A stretch of DNA of 64,000 nt. Origin: Antedon mediterranea. Taxonomy: Eukaryota; Animalia; Echinodermata. The stretch is taken from assembly GCF_964355755.1 (NCBI RefSeq), contig NC_092677.1, positions 25,841,175 to 25,905,174 on the forward strand, read 5' to 3'. Made by a program: the position numbers and the translations under genes. Positions 46,988 through 58,593 of this stretch are shown here, one piece after another. Numbering within the stretch: the stretch's first letter is position 1; each line of letters begins with the position of its first letter. The notes beneath the pieces were generated by a model. The model worked only from the letters and a program-made list of their open reading frames with translations, searched no databases and was not told the origin of the DNA.

Positions 46988-48636
46988 TTAATCACCTTCG
47001 AGAAACAGCACCAACTTTAAAACATTATCTGAAAAAAAAAAAATTTTTTTATTTAATTTATGAATTATGAAAAGGATAAATATGGATCTTGTAGATTTAA
47101 AATGTTACGTTTAAATGTGATTTGATTTTTGTATTTTTAATTTATTATTACTATGCATTTAAAAAAATTTATTATTTCAGTGCTCGTTGAAACTGCCCCA
47201 CGTGGCATGAATAAAGAATTTAAATTTAAAAAATGCGTAACCCGTGCATGGCATATGAACGTACAATTACACCAAGTTTATATAGCGTGATCTTCAACCA
47301 AAATTTATATGCATTTTTACAAAGACAACATTTCTTGTACTGTATCTAATTTTTGCCAAATTTCATAATTAGGCTCATGGGACTATTTCGGTAGTATTAT
47401 TGACTGAATTCAAATTGGCATAGTTACCTTGTGCATGATTTGTAATGTTATCTTCTTTAAATTCAATTCGTAGTTTCTTCATGGAATTCTCGTCTTCATA
47501 TCTAATTTTATCCAACAGCACATTCCTCATTGTAATCCTGACAAAAAGTCTTTAAAGATTTTAATAACTGTATTTAAAATTTTTAATAACTATGTTCACT
47601 TAAATACTAATTAAGTAAATTTTAAAGAGATTTCATCTTTGTGACCAACAGAACCTAGGACTTGCTGTATGACCCACTATACAACCCCAGGAGAGGTGCG
47701 TCATTCACAAATAAGGTGCATCAAAAACTTAGATGGTACGTCACATCATTGAACAATGGTGCGTCAATGTCCGTCACTTTTTTTGTTTATTTTTTTTAGT
47801 ATTTCCTATTTGTCACTTTATCATGAACAACATGGTCACAGTGTGTGGAAATGGGTGCGTCATGGTCGCCTAAAGACAAGTCACATTTTTGACACACGGG
47901 TGCGTCATGGTATTACCCACATCAGACAAATGACTCCCGGGGGTCGTATACTGGGCCATACAATTGACAAGTGCATTAAAATATACAGTAATAAATAATA
48001 AAATATAATAAAACCAAAATACAGATCAATAGAAATAAATAAAAATCAAGGATACTCTTGACTGAAAATTCTCGCCAGATCTGCTAGCCACTCAAGCATA
48101 TCGGATATGGAAGGGCAAGTGGCTGACCGTTTGATTGCCCTATCTAGCCCCAAGACTTTGTGATGTTTGTTGTACACTTCCATGCTATTGTTATTGATTC
48201 GACTCACTTTCTTTTGTATTTCTTGAAGAGAATGCCTAGTGAAAATAAAAAATATTATTAATAATCATCATGTATCATCAACATGTAGTTATTTAAACAA
48301 AATTGTAATAATATTTTTGACAAATTTCTTTTTTTACATGTTTTCTCTCAGTTTCTTCATCACCACTTCCATGGAATACAGCAGGGATGCGTTAAGTCTA
48401 TCAGCCAAGTCCGGGAATTGTGCGACGACAGGATTATTTGCAGCCTCAACCGCTCTCAGACAGCAGTTTCGCTGTTCAGCCAAGTTCAACAGCGATTCAA
48501 CCAACACAAGAGATTTAATATTGATTTCTTTCCACTGCGTTTCTTGTACATTGACTGTTTTAAATGACTTTTTCAATTGTTTTAGCATAACTTCTTCAGC
48601 TTCGTTAGCCATCTGTTGTCCAGATACTTTATTCAT
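46988..48636 (-). CDS. C1orf109: AFG2-interacting ribosome maturation factor (C1orf109/AIRIM homologue), 209 aa
   Basis: Exons 48338-48636, 48056-48235, 47428-47537 and 46988-47028 total 630 nt with consistent phases. Motifs LKKSFKTV..Q...W, SLLNLAEQ, FPDLADRL, PSISDMLEWL and the terminal LVLFLEGD match vertebrate C1orf109 as I recall it. An acceptor at 48646-48647 implies an upstream non-coding exon. Confidence 0.88.
47538..48055 (-). other. U12-type (minor spliceosome) GT-AG intron in C1orf109
   Basis: The donor reads GTATCCTTG, matching the U12 consensus GTATCCTT. An imperfect branch-like TCTTTAA lies shortly before the acceptor and the polypyrimidine tract is short. Confidence 0.75.
47665..47978. 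mobile_element. MITE-like element with imperfect inverted ends and GGTGCGTCA internal motifs
   Basis: TGTATGACCCACTATACAACCCCAGG versus CCGGGGGTCGTATACTGGGCCATACA, with about 6 GGT(G/A)C(G/A)TCA motifs inside. Confidence 0.6.
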
Positions 48637-49159
48637 TGTTGAAAGCTATAATATAAAGAGTAACGTTTTATAGAAATACTACAGGCCCCTAGCCTGAAAT
48701 CATATCATATTACTCATTTGGCGCTTCAGTGCACCTACAGAACCTTCTTCTTCCCCCTCCTGCTGCAACAGCGTTTTAAATTAAAAAGAGTACTAGTCTA
48801 GACTGTGCAATATTATTATTATATTAAAAATTCCAAAATGACTAATATTATTATAATTATTATTTAATCTATTATTAATGATTATTATTTATTTAATTGT
48901 CCGAGCATTATAAAAAGTAAAGGTTAGTTTCAAAAATAATAATTAATATTTAAAATTTTTTAAATAAAAATATTTGTCAATTATTGTATTATTTACTGTA
49001 TGTCATGTTTTATTAATTTTTTTATTTGTGTTACACAAAGTACCAATCAAATCTCTTTTGGATATTTGGTGGTTCTGAAAAGAACCGTTTGTTTTGTAAA
49101 GTATCCTTCATTAAAGTTTATTTTTTATTTTTTAGATTTTTCAAGCACGTTGAACGTTT

Positions 49160-52100
49160 TCAGTCCCATATGACTATCAGATCACCACTCTTCATATCCG
49201 CAACAATTTCGTCAGTATCCAAATAGTAATGGTCAACTTCCTTGGTTATTGGGTCCAAATATACAATCTTGAATTCTCCAGTCTCTTCCTTAAATTCAGT
49301 TATGTTGCCTTCGTACCATGTATCAGATATCACTCCTTCATTATCGTTTGACCACAGGTGATTGATCTTCTTTTCAAGAAGAATAAGGGGGTCCATGATG
49401 ATGTTCTTGATATGCAGGTCATCCAAATCCTCTGAAGACATCAGAATTGAAAGGTTCTCTTTCAATTTTTCAACGGAAAACTGTTTGCCTTTTGACGAAA
49501 AACAGAACAGGGATGGATCCGCCTTCTGATTCAAAATCTTCTTTCGAACATTAAGTTGAGCCTTCAGTGCAATCAGTTGCCTTTTCTTGGATGTTAGCAC
49601 CTCCAAATTTGAGTTCATACTTATATCATTTTGCCATAGTCCACCATACTGCATTAGGTCATTTAGTAGGTTTTCGTTGAGTAGTCTGGCCCTATCTGCC
49701 CTACCGATGATTTCTTTCTGCTTATCATCAAGATGCTGCTTCTTTTGCATTGTCAATGTCTCACTTCTCTCTGCATTTATCCGTTTACTCCGCAAACACA
49801 ATATTCTTGCCTTTGACAGTAACTCCTCTCGTTCTTCTATCGGCTTCATGGCCAACCAATCTGATGTCCTGTTCAATTTATAGACAATCTTGCTTTCAAT
49901 ATAACTTAGGCTTGCATTTGGTGCTCTTTTCACATAATGGTCTAACAGTCCAAATACTCGCTCTCCGCTTATGTTGTTTCCTACACATGACTTAGCTTGT
50001 TGTTTCAATGAATCACTTGGATCATGATGTATGCCACCAGGAAGTTGATCGTCCAGTTGTCTCTTACATACATCAATTATAACATCAAGAAGCATCGACA
50101 ACACAGTTTCAACTTGCTGATCATCTTCACGAGTTGCAGTCAAGTTATAGAAGACAGCATCTTTAATGATGGGGACATCTGCAAACAAACAATCCGCTTC
50201 GCCTTTTACAAGCACCGATGTGTTAAGCTTCCATTCCTCCATTTTGTTAACAGCAAGGGTGAATGGCATATTTAGGTCAAGAATATTCTGGTCTCTCTCT
50301 ACCAACCTCATCCATGGACCCGAGACATACTTTCCTATTAGGCCAAGGGCACGGCATCCTGTCAGGTATTCAGCTGTCTTGCTATCAAAAAGTACAGCTC
50401 GCTGCAAATCATTAGTAGGAGGCCACACTTTGGTCAGAAACTCCACAATATGGGGCAATAGAAGATGGACGGCTCCAGCATTACGGTACAAGATATGGAA
50501 CCGGTTTCCCATTATCGGTGATAAGATGTTGGTTACCTTTATCCCTTTACGCTTTAAGTATACATCAATTTCCGCAGGCACTCCAACTGCATTGTTGAAA
50601 CAAAGCTTGCAGACGGCAACGATGAAACTCTGGGCTCCACTTAAACTTCTACGACGGAAACTCATGGATTTGTGTTCAGCGGGCAAGTTGTCCTGTTCCC
50701 ATGTTGAGACTGATTTGTCGCAGGATTTTGCGAACGTATCTAATGGATGCATCCCACAAAAAAATTCATTCAGATGTTGGCTTCCAGCTGACATTGATTC
50801 AACTAACTCCTTGTTGACAGCCTTGTTTACGCCACAACGGTCAGTCATCGTGTTAGAAATCTTGTTCAAAATGTGCTGTTTGGAAGTAGACCCTCCTGTT
50901 GCTTGGCTTGCTGCCCCTAAATCTTCAAAGGTCTGTAGTATGCCTTGTGTATTTGCAGAAGCTGTCCCGGATGGAAGTCTGGTTATACCAGTTGTGTAAG
51001 TTGCGTCTTGGTCTGCAATCTGCACTTCTAAGTAATGAGTACCCTTCTTGTTAGTGCCATCATACTTCAGAGTTGTGTCTTTAGCAGATTCCAGCACCTC
51101 GCTAACTTGAATTCTTGAGATCTCTCTCATTTCACGTAGCATACGCAAACAAGTTACTGCATCCGGCAGGATTCCGATCTTCATACAACCAAGTTCCTCA
51201 ACCGCATACTGTAGTGAACGACAAGTCATCATCCATACAGACCCCGGAAGAATCACCAATGGAAGTTCCAGCACAGTTGTCTCATCGCACATCCACGCAG
51301 ATTTCCTAGTCATCTCTCTGACTACGTTCTTGATTTATAATGTTTCATTCGTATTATATAGTTAAGTTCCGACCATTCAATTTAGATTTTGAGTGCTTTT
51401 GCTTGCTTTGTTTTGTTTTTGACTTTTGTGTTTTATGAGAAGAGAAAAAAAAATGATTACGCCAGTCTAGCGCCCCCTATCTGGGTTGACTCATATATCA
51501 TGGCCGCTGGTTGTTATGTTATTGTTGTGATACTTGGTTTTGACGAATAAAGATCTTATTCTACTTGAGTCTTACGTGTCCGGTCGTCTTTATTGTGGTG
51601 TGCCTTTTGCCTTACTGGCGTTTGGTATGTTTGTTGCTGGAACCTCTTGCTCAAGGCAAAAATACACTGCATTTCTAACGGGCCAGTTAAATGTCTTTCC
51701 ATCTTTCTTTGTTACAATCTCTCTTGAAGTTGAAGCAAATGCAGCAATTTCTTCGTTGAGTTTTGTGTTTTCATCCTGTTCAAGCCTTACTTTACTCCGT
51801 TGTCCCTCAAGGTTGTCTTCCAGTTTCTTTATATCTGACTCCAGACTTTCACTTTTCTTTTTATATTTGCTTGTTTGTCTGTATTTCTGTTTTCTTACTG
51901 ATTGTAGCTGAACTTTCATATTTGTCAGGTCTTGATCTGCCGGTGTTATTGGTTGTCCCATAGTTGTCTTCATTTTCTTTATTTTCCCCTTCAAAGACTG
52001 GATCTGCATATCCTTTCGTCTAATTGTCTGGTTTAATCGTTTGCAGCTACCAACCCTCTTTACAACTACTTTCGGTTTAACTTCAAGTTGCTTTTTTAGG

Positions 52101-52582
52101 TCATCAATTGAAGTTTCTAACGACTTCATCTCAGCCGCTAACTTTTCATTAACCAAAACCTGCATCTCGCAATCTTTACAAGATGATAGTTGAACGTCTT
52201 TATATTTTCGTTTAACAGCTTGCTTCTGGTTTTGTACAACAGGAATGGAAAATGGTTCAGATAAGAAGGCATCTAACTTTGACTTGTTATTCTTGATTAT
52301 TTTTCGTCGCATGTTCTTGATACCAACAATTTTCGCTCGCAATGTACTGTTCTTTATACTGTTCACGTCAACATTGTTTTGTCCTAAAATCTTGAGTATC
52401 CAGGCGATGTGTGTCGAAATTGGCCGCTTTAGTTTCAGCACAACATCTCGCATTTCAAGGACAGCACCATTAGTAATGTGTTGACCATCAATAAGTTTAC
52501 AAACGGCATCTTCCTCAAGACTGGATAAGTTAATCCCTATCGCATCAGAATAAACACCAATATAATTTTTATCCTCTTCCAT
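49160..52582 (-). pseudogene. hAT-like DDE transposase (about 1006 aa when reconstructed), interrupted by a 402-bp insertion
   Basis: ORFs 51590-52660 and 49160-51313 are in the same frame. Removing about 51214-51615 gives ...VPATNIPNA(I/L)QYAVEELG.... Motifs YDGT, MTDR, CGMH (CxxH) and SGERVFG fit an RNase H-fold D/D/CxxH/E transposase. There is an N-terminal coiled coil and a splice acceptor at 52625-52626 before the ATG at 52582. Terminal inverted repeats were not found. Confidence 0.8.
51214..51615 (+). mobile_element. 3' remnant of a Gypsy-like LTR retrotransposon (pol tail, polypurine tract, about 160-bp LTR)
   Basis: The plus strand reads ...RTSTQ / RRFPSHLSDYVLDL*, a typical pol C-terminal tail with a frameshift. 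It is followed by the purine tract GAGAAGAGAAAAAAAAA (about 51437-51453) and then TG...TAGCGCCCCCT...AATAAAG...CTTAC. Confidence 0.6.
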
Positions 52583-53429
52583 GTTCTTAAATAAAATTGC
52601 CAATAGTTTTAGACAATTTAAAGCCTGTAAATTAAAGTAAAAATAATACAATTGTAACAATAGATTCTTAGGGTGAATACCATAGTGTTGTTATGCTTAC
52701 ATATAAAATATTAAATAATTTAGTTGCGAATGAAAATAAAATGGTTATATAATTAAAAAGTCTTATTAGGCCTATTCTATTCCTCTAAAATTATACTTGA
52801 TAATTGCTATTATGTACTTTATGATTATAGGATCAGGTGCCGTTTTCGGCCACCTCGACTTGTATGGACTATACCATTATAAAAAGATGGGAAAATAGGG
52901 GTGTCCCATTTTTTATTTGAGTGTGCTAATGTGTTAAAATACTGCTGCTTTTGTTCTTTTGTTTAGTGCATTATGTTTCAGCAACAAAGGGAAAACAACT
53001 ACGCCCTACACGCTGTAGAATTAATTTCAGCTTTCAAGTTAATACAGTATATTATGGCTCTTTATTTCTATATAAATTTTAGGTATCATTCCCTAAAATG
53101 GATATTAGGTGGATTCCCTAAGGTGGATATTGAATACTTTTTACGGATACAGAAAGTATAGGCCTATAAAGAAATTAGTTTTTATTCCAGTTACAAATAA
53201 AAAATATAATTTATCTAACGATAACACAGTAGTATATTTAACAAAGATGACAGTAGTACATTTAATAAGATCTATCACATACTGATTATTAGGTAATCAG
53301 TAAAACAAATAAACATTAAAATTATGTCAATGAATCTGTACCATTTTGTTCCCAGAAAACACAGAACATTTCACGTATTTAAACGTTCTGTGTAGAAATA
53401 GGCCTACATGTTCTAATTGAACAACGTTT

Positions 53430-53770
53430 GCATCAAAACGTTACAATAACGAATGCAAAAAAACGGAGCTGATAATGTCGCAATGAAGAGGATGATTCAT
53501 GTCTTCCAATATAGCATGGAATACATCGGCAAGCTGTTCGCTGTAGAACGAGTCAAGCAATTGCATAGACAAGCCAATTTATACTTTCCCCGCTCCCAGC
53601 ACCTTCTCAATTTGGTGATCCCCACATTCACTTACTAAATATTCTCAGCCCAACATACAATATCCCCAAATAGAACATCACTGATTAGTAAAACATTCTA
53701 TAGTACAAATATCCTGCTTTACCCCAAAGAATTGAGTTTCCTCAAGCAGTCAGCCTTGTATTTAACTTCT
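53430..53770 (-). mobile_element. Degenerate CR1-group LINE (Rex1/Babar- or L2-like) ORF2 C-terminal fragment nested in the TIR element
   Basis: The minus strand gives broken motifs CLRKLNS..., IVCW and SFYSEQLADVFHAILEDMNHPLH, typical of the post-RT region of these LINEs. Confidence 0.6.
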
Positions 53771-56419
53771 TAACTACTCTCTTAAATTCATCGATTGGAA
53801 ATTTCGATCGTATTTACGTTTGATGATTAAAACCAAACTTTTTAGACTGAATATGGTATTCATGAACGTGAAATACGCTCCAGTTGAAAATAAAGTTTCA
53901 ACTGATAGAAAGTTTGATTACAACATCCAATCAGCGCCTAATATATTGTGACGTGAAAGCGCGCGGACAACAAAAGTTTGTCTTCCCTCTCCTCGCTTCC
54001 CGCCCGCCTGATCTTCAGAGTCAGTGTCTTCATGCTCTTCGATCGTATTTTAGATTCTTTGCCTACAATTTACGAGCTACCGTATTCGTAACATATACCA
54101 ATTGAATCAATATCTATTTTAGAAGGTTGGTAATCATTTATTTTAAATTGAATCTAAGGCATACGCTACATTGAGGCCTACATTCACACCACCACCACCG
54201 CGCACATTTTCTGGCCACAGCACAGATCTAGGCCTAGTTAGTAGGCTAGTTGACGTGACAGCAGCGAGTGTGGTGTACGGTTACGGCTCGAGTTTATTTT
54301 TGCCGGTTACCGAGTTAGGCTATAGGCCTAGCTAGTGAGTAGCCTAGGTTAAATTTACTAAATCAAATGTGTTATGCCTTGAATATTATTCTATCTAGGG
54401 TAGGCTAGGCCTAGCCTAGTTGAATAGGCATTTCCATTGTATAAACAATTTTAATGAATACTAAAAAAACGTTACTTTGTTGTAATTCTTGATGACGTTC
54501 TCTAGGCCTACCCTAGCTAGCCTAGGCTAGTACTAGCCTAGTAGGCTAGGCCTAACTAGTAGGTCTAGCTGGAGAAGAGCTAGGTCTAATAAATAGGGCT
54601 AGACTAGGCCTAGTTACTAAGCCTAGGCCCTACTTTAATACTATTTCCTAGACTAGGCCCTAGAGGCCTAGCTAGGCCTATAGCTAGAGCCTCTAGTAGG
54701 GCCTAGCCTAGCTAGGCGTCCTACGAATAAATTATGATATAATTAATAATTATAATATTAATAAATAATGACGATAGGCTATACTGTGTATACTGTACAG
54801 TACTATAACATTTAGTAGAAACATATTATTTCTATCTATTGCACAGGAAAAATGCTTGACTACACAATGTCAATGATGTTTCGGGCTGCAATCATTCACA
54901 ATAACAACATGGACATCATCTTGAACGATTTATATTTATTTTTTGATAGTAAGTAATAATAATATGTTGTGTATCTGTATTTAAATCACTGTATTTATAC
55001 ATGTCAATTGTGTATAAATTCGTGTTTTTTAAGCTTTAAAACTGAACAGGGACTGGATTAAAAAATATTTCCAACCTAGAAGAAACTACTCGACATACCG
55101 ACCTGATGCTAGAAAAAGATTGCCTAATTATTGGTGGCTTGACTGAATCTGAACTAGCCTATTATTTTTACTATTTGTGTTACTATTATTAATGTTTTAT
55201 AATTTATTTTGTGCACTAGGCCTAATGGTCTTGTTATGCTGATTTATATGAAGCATACTATATGTCTCAATCTTCTACAGAGCATGAACCAAATCAGAAG
55301 CTGTGAATTTGTTCATTCAACATATCCATGTAAGCATATTAATTAATACTAATAGTACAGTTTTTATTTTCATTTTAAAAATTACGAATGTCAAAATTTA
55401 CTTAAATTAGAGAAAAGAGTTTTTATGATACTCTTTTCTGATAATATTGAATAGCAAAACTATTCACCGTTGCTTTTTAAGACCATATTGAAAATAAAAA
55501 ATTATCAATGATAAAGATAGTACAGTACTACTACTAAAGATGCGTACATTTATCAAATATTTTATGATAAATAACAGTTTGTTATGCTTTTTGTTATTCT
55601 TACAGGATGCAACAGATGTTAGAAAATAGTATTCAGGACAAAAATTTGCACAGCCATATTTATTGTCAATTGGATGGTCATCATAACTCAACATGTACTT
55701 TCATTCAGACACATTATAGAAGCCATGGTTGGGCTTTTATTTAGGCTGCACTATATTTTCCTGAATGATATTTGTGGACTTTGTAGATGCCCTCCCAAGA
55801 ATTAGGGTATATCACCAAGGCATATAAGATAGTTTTTGAATTTATAATTATACTACTGAAAGACAAAGACTACAGCAGTGTCTTGACTATTGTAATATAC
55901 TGTTGTTATGTTCAATAAAATCAAAATGGAATATATATAAGAAACGTATCTTTTTTAAGCATCGTATTTAAACAAAAAAGTCAATCGATTTTGGTTGAAA
56001 AAATAATTTTTCCAATCTTCTTAGTTTGAAATTTTTCAATCTTTGAATCGATTGAAAATCTTCAATCGTTATTTCAATCAATCCGATTTGTCCCTACTCA
56101 CAGTCGGCCAAAAGTTGAAAAATCAACCGTATCGATTGAATATTCAGTCGACCAATTTAAGAGAGTATATGATCAACATGTCCACCTATTTAAGCTTTAA
56201 TCAAACACTACTCCCAGATACTTATAATTGTTAACAATCTCTGCCTCCTTTCCTTTAAGTAATGTATACTGTCAGACCAATGTTTTCGAAAATCAATTCT
56301 TATTTCTTTCGTTTATTTATGTTTATTTCAAGAAAATTGTTGCCATAATCGGTAAATCGAATAATCTCAGAAAGGTACAGAGAATAATCGTATCCAACTA
56401 TAGCCGAGTCGTCGTATAA

Positions 56420-56800
56420 AACAAAAATACATAATATATATATCGTCAATGAATCTGTTACCATTTTGTTTCTGTATCTACAATCGTTTCATTTATTTAC
56501 ATTTAACATTAAAAGTAAATGTATCAGGTGATCAGTAGGCCTAAAGAAAACATACATATAATTACGTTAATGAATCTGTTACCATTTTGTTTCTGTATCT
56601 ACATTCGTTTCATTTATTTACATTTAACATTAAATGTAAATGTATCAGTAATCAGTAAAACAAATAAACATATAATTATGTCAATGAATATGAATTGTGT
56701 TTCTGTATCTAATTCGTTTTACACTTAGAATTAAATGTAAATGTATCTGGTGAGGTAAAACAAACAAAAAACATATAATTATGTCAATGAATCTTCAATT
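56420..56800 (+). repeat. About 120-bp tandem repeat inside the TIR element, with a further direct copy at 53290-53350
   Basis: Shared AATCAGTAAAACAAATAAACAT...TATGTCAATGAATCTG.TACCATTTTGTT. Confidence 0.8.
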
Positions 56801-58593
56801 ATGTTCGTCTACCGATACCAGGTTCAAATCCATGATGTTGAGATTTATCCCTTGCAAATAAAAAATATGATTTATCTACCTATCTACTTAGTATTTAAGA
56901 TTTTCTAATTTCGAATCCGATTGTACTAAAATTTAATGTGTTGAAATCAAGAGAGGCATAACATAGTATTTAATATGTTTTAATTTTGATTATACTATAG
57001 TGTTTAGGTTAGTTTTTATATATAGTATTTAGTAAGTAAGTTATACATAGGCCTAGTTAATATAGTAATATTGTTACAAAATCTTGGCATTGCGTAACAC
57101 AGTGCCTAATACAGTAATAACATGCCTTATTAAAAAGTGCATGCTTGCTAGTTTTTGATGTTCTGTATTGTTTCTTGTACAGTAGTTTGTACTGTATGTT
57201 ACATAACAGAACAATTGTATTGTCTTCCCATTCAATAGACACCCTTCTATACATAAAACATAATACACACCACACCCCTACCATAATAATGGTATAGTCC
57301 ATATAAGTCGAGGTGGCCGAAAACGGCACCTGATCCTGATTATAATTTATTATGTAATTATATTATATTTCTTAATTATTATCAGCTGATAGAGAATCTA
57401 CGACAAATTATGTTTCATTGATATTGTATCTCTAGGCCTAAGTATAGGGCTCATACAACATGGTAGCCAGCGGCGAAAACATCGTTTACCGCGCGTGTAG
57501 CCTCCGTAAAATTAACAAGGGCGCCCTCAATTCTCGTACGAACAGAGCCTAGCTCAGCGATACGACAAAGTGACAAAGGCAACAAAAAAGTAATGTTTTA
57601 AGGCATCTAGGCCTATTATGTTTAGCAGTCACAATAATATTATTTATGATTTACCTACCTTTATACTTTAAAACCTGAAGAAGACGAACACATTAACCAA
57701 AAAACTTGAAACGATTTCCTTTCTATTCTTAAAAAGTACTGAAATATTTGATGTAAACAAAAAACTTCCACTGTATCAAATCACGCGCTTGGAAAAGCCA
57801 ATATAGGTTCGGAATTTATTTCTCGAGCGTTATTTGGAAGTAATTCGGTCAAATTGCGATATCCTTCCGCACAATACAACAAAAACCAATTGGGTATCTT
57901 TCTCAGTCGTGGAACTATTTTCTATCGCGATGTTAGAATCACTGATGAACAGCGCCCCCAAACGGTTGTGAGATTATCTATCTAGGAGAGAGGGGCCTAG
58001 GCCTAGCTAGTATATTGGAACATCAAAGTAGACTAATACAATAACTATCTTTAGTTAGGGTTAAGTTAGTTGAATCGATACATCCTATTCTACACACTTA
58101 CCAATTTATTACCACCAATAGGTAAACTAGTATTGTCCAGAACCAAATACACATGGCATGGTGGCAGGGGAATTACCTACCTCGGCGATTCCATTTTACA
58201 GTGGGGGTCATGTCAAAATCAAAATTCCTTGTTCACTTTCTCCAGAGGGCGCCAAACACAAAATTAACTTCATCAAGGTGGAAATTTAAAAACAATTGTA
58301 CATTCATTTATTACTCGTTTTTAGCATTATTGATACCTAATTTACAAAAGGCAACGATTATACAGTACTTTAAAACGTGATAGTAAGTTTATTCAATGTA
58401 CGGTATATTATAAACAATAAATGTGTAGGATGGATAGCTATTCAGTTATATTGTCAATGTAATTTGGAGGTAAAGGTACTGAAATTAAAATACTGATGTT
58501 GGAAATGGTGACAAATATCACTTTTTAAGACTTTACAATTCATTTAGTTCTTTTAATTACTTTATTAAATTTATAATAGTTAATAAACAAACT

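Larger units (their letters stand above)
52830..57336. mobile_element. 4.5-kb non-autonomous DNA transposon with about 50-bp TIRs and an 8-bp TSD (GG termini; Merlin- or MULE-like, superfamily uncertain)
   Basis: The left end GGATCAGGTGCCGTTTTCGGCCACCTCGACTTGTATGGACTATACCATTAT is the near-perfect reverse complement of 57286-57336 (1 mismatch). TGATTATA is duplicated at 52822-52829 and 57337-57344. Confidence 0.92.

Noticed and set aside
50166-50999. 277-aa plus-strand ORF
   Set aside because: Antisense shadow of the transposase with no recognisable motif.
51215-51313. N-terminal 33 aa of the 717-aa ORF as the real start
   Set aside because: It lies within the inserted retroelement fragment. 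The real frame continues from the upstream ORF.
51209-51615. The insert as a canonical GT-AG intron using CTACAG at 51209-51210
   Set aside because: The donor is phase 1 and that acceptor is phase 0, so splicing there shifts the frame.
48683-57998. AGGCCCCT...AGGGGCCT as TIRs of the hAT-like element
   Set aside because: Only 8 bp, no TSD, and AGGCC motifs are very common in this sequence.
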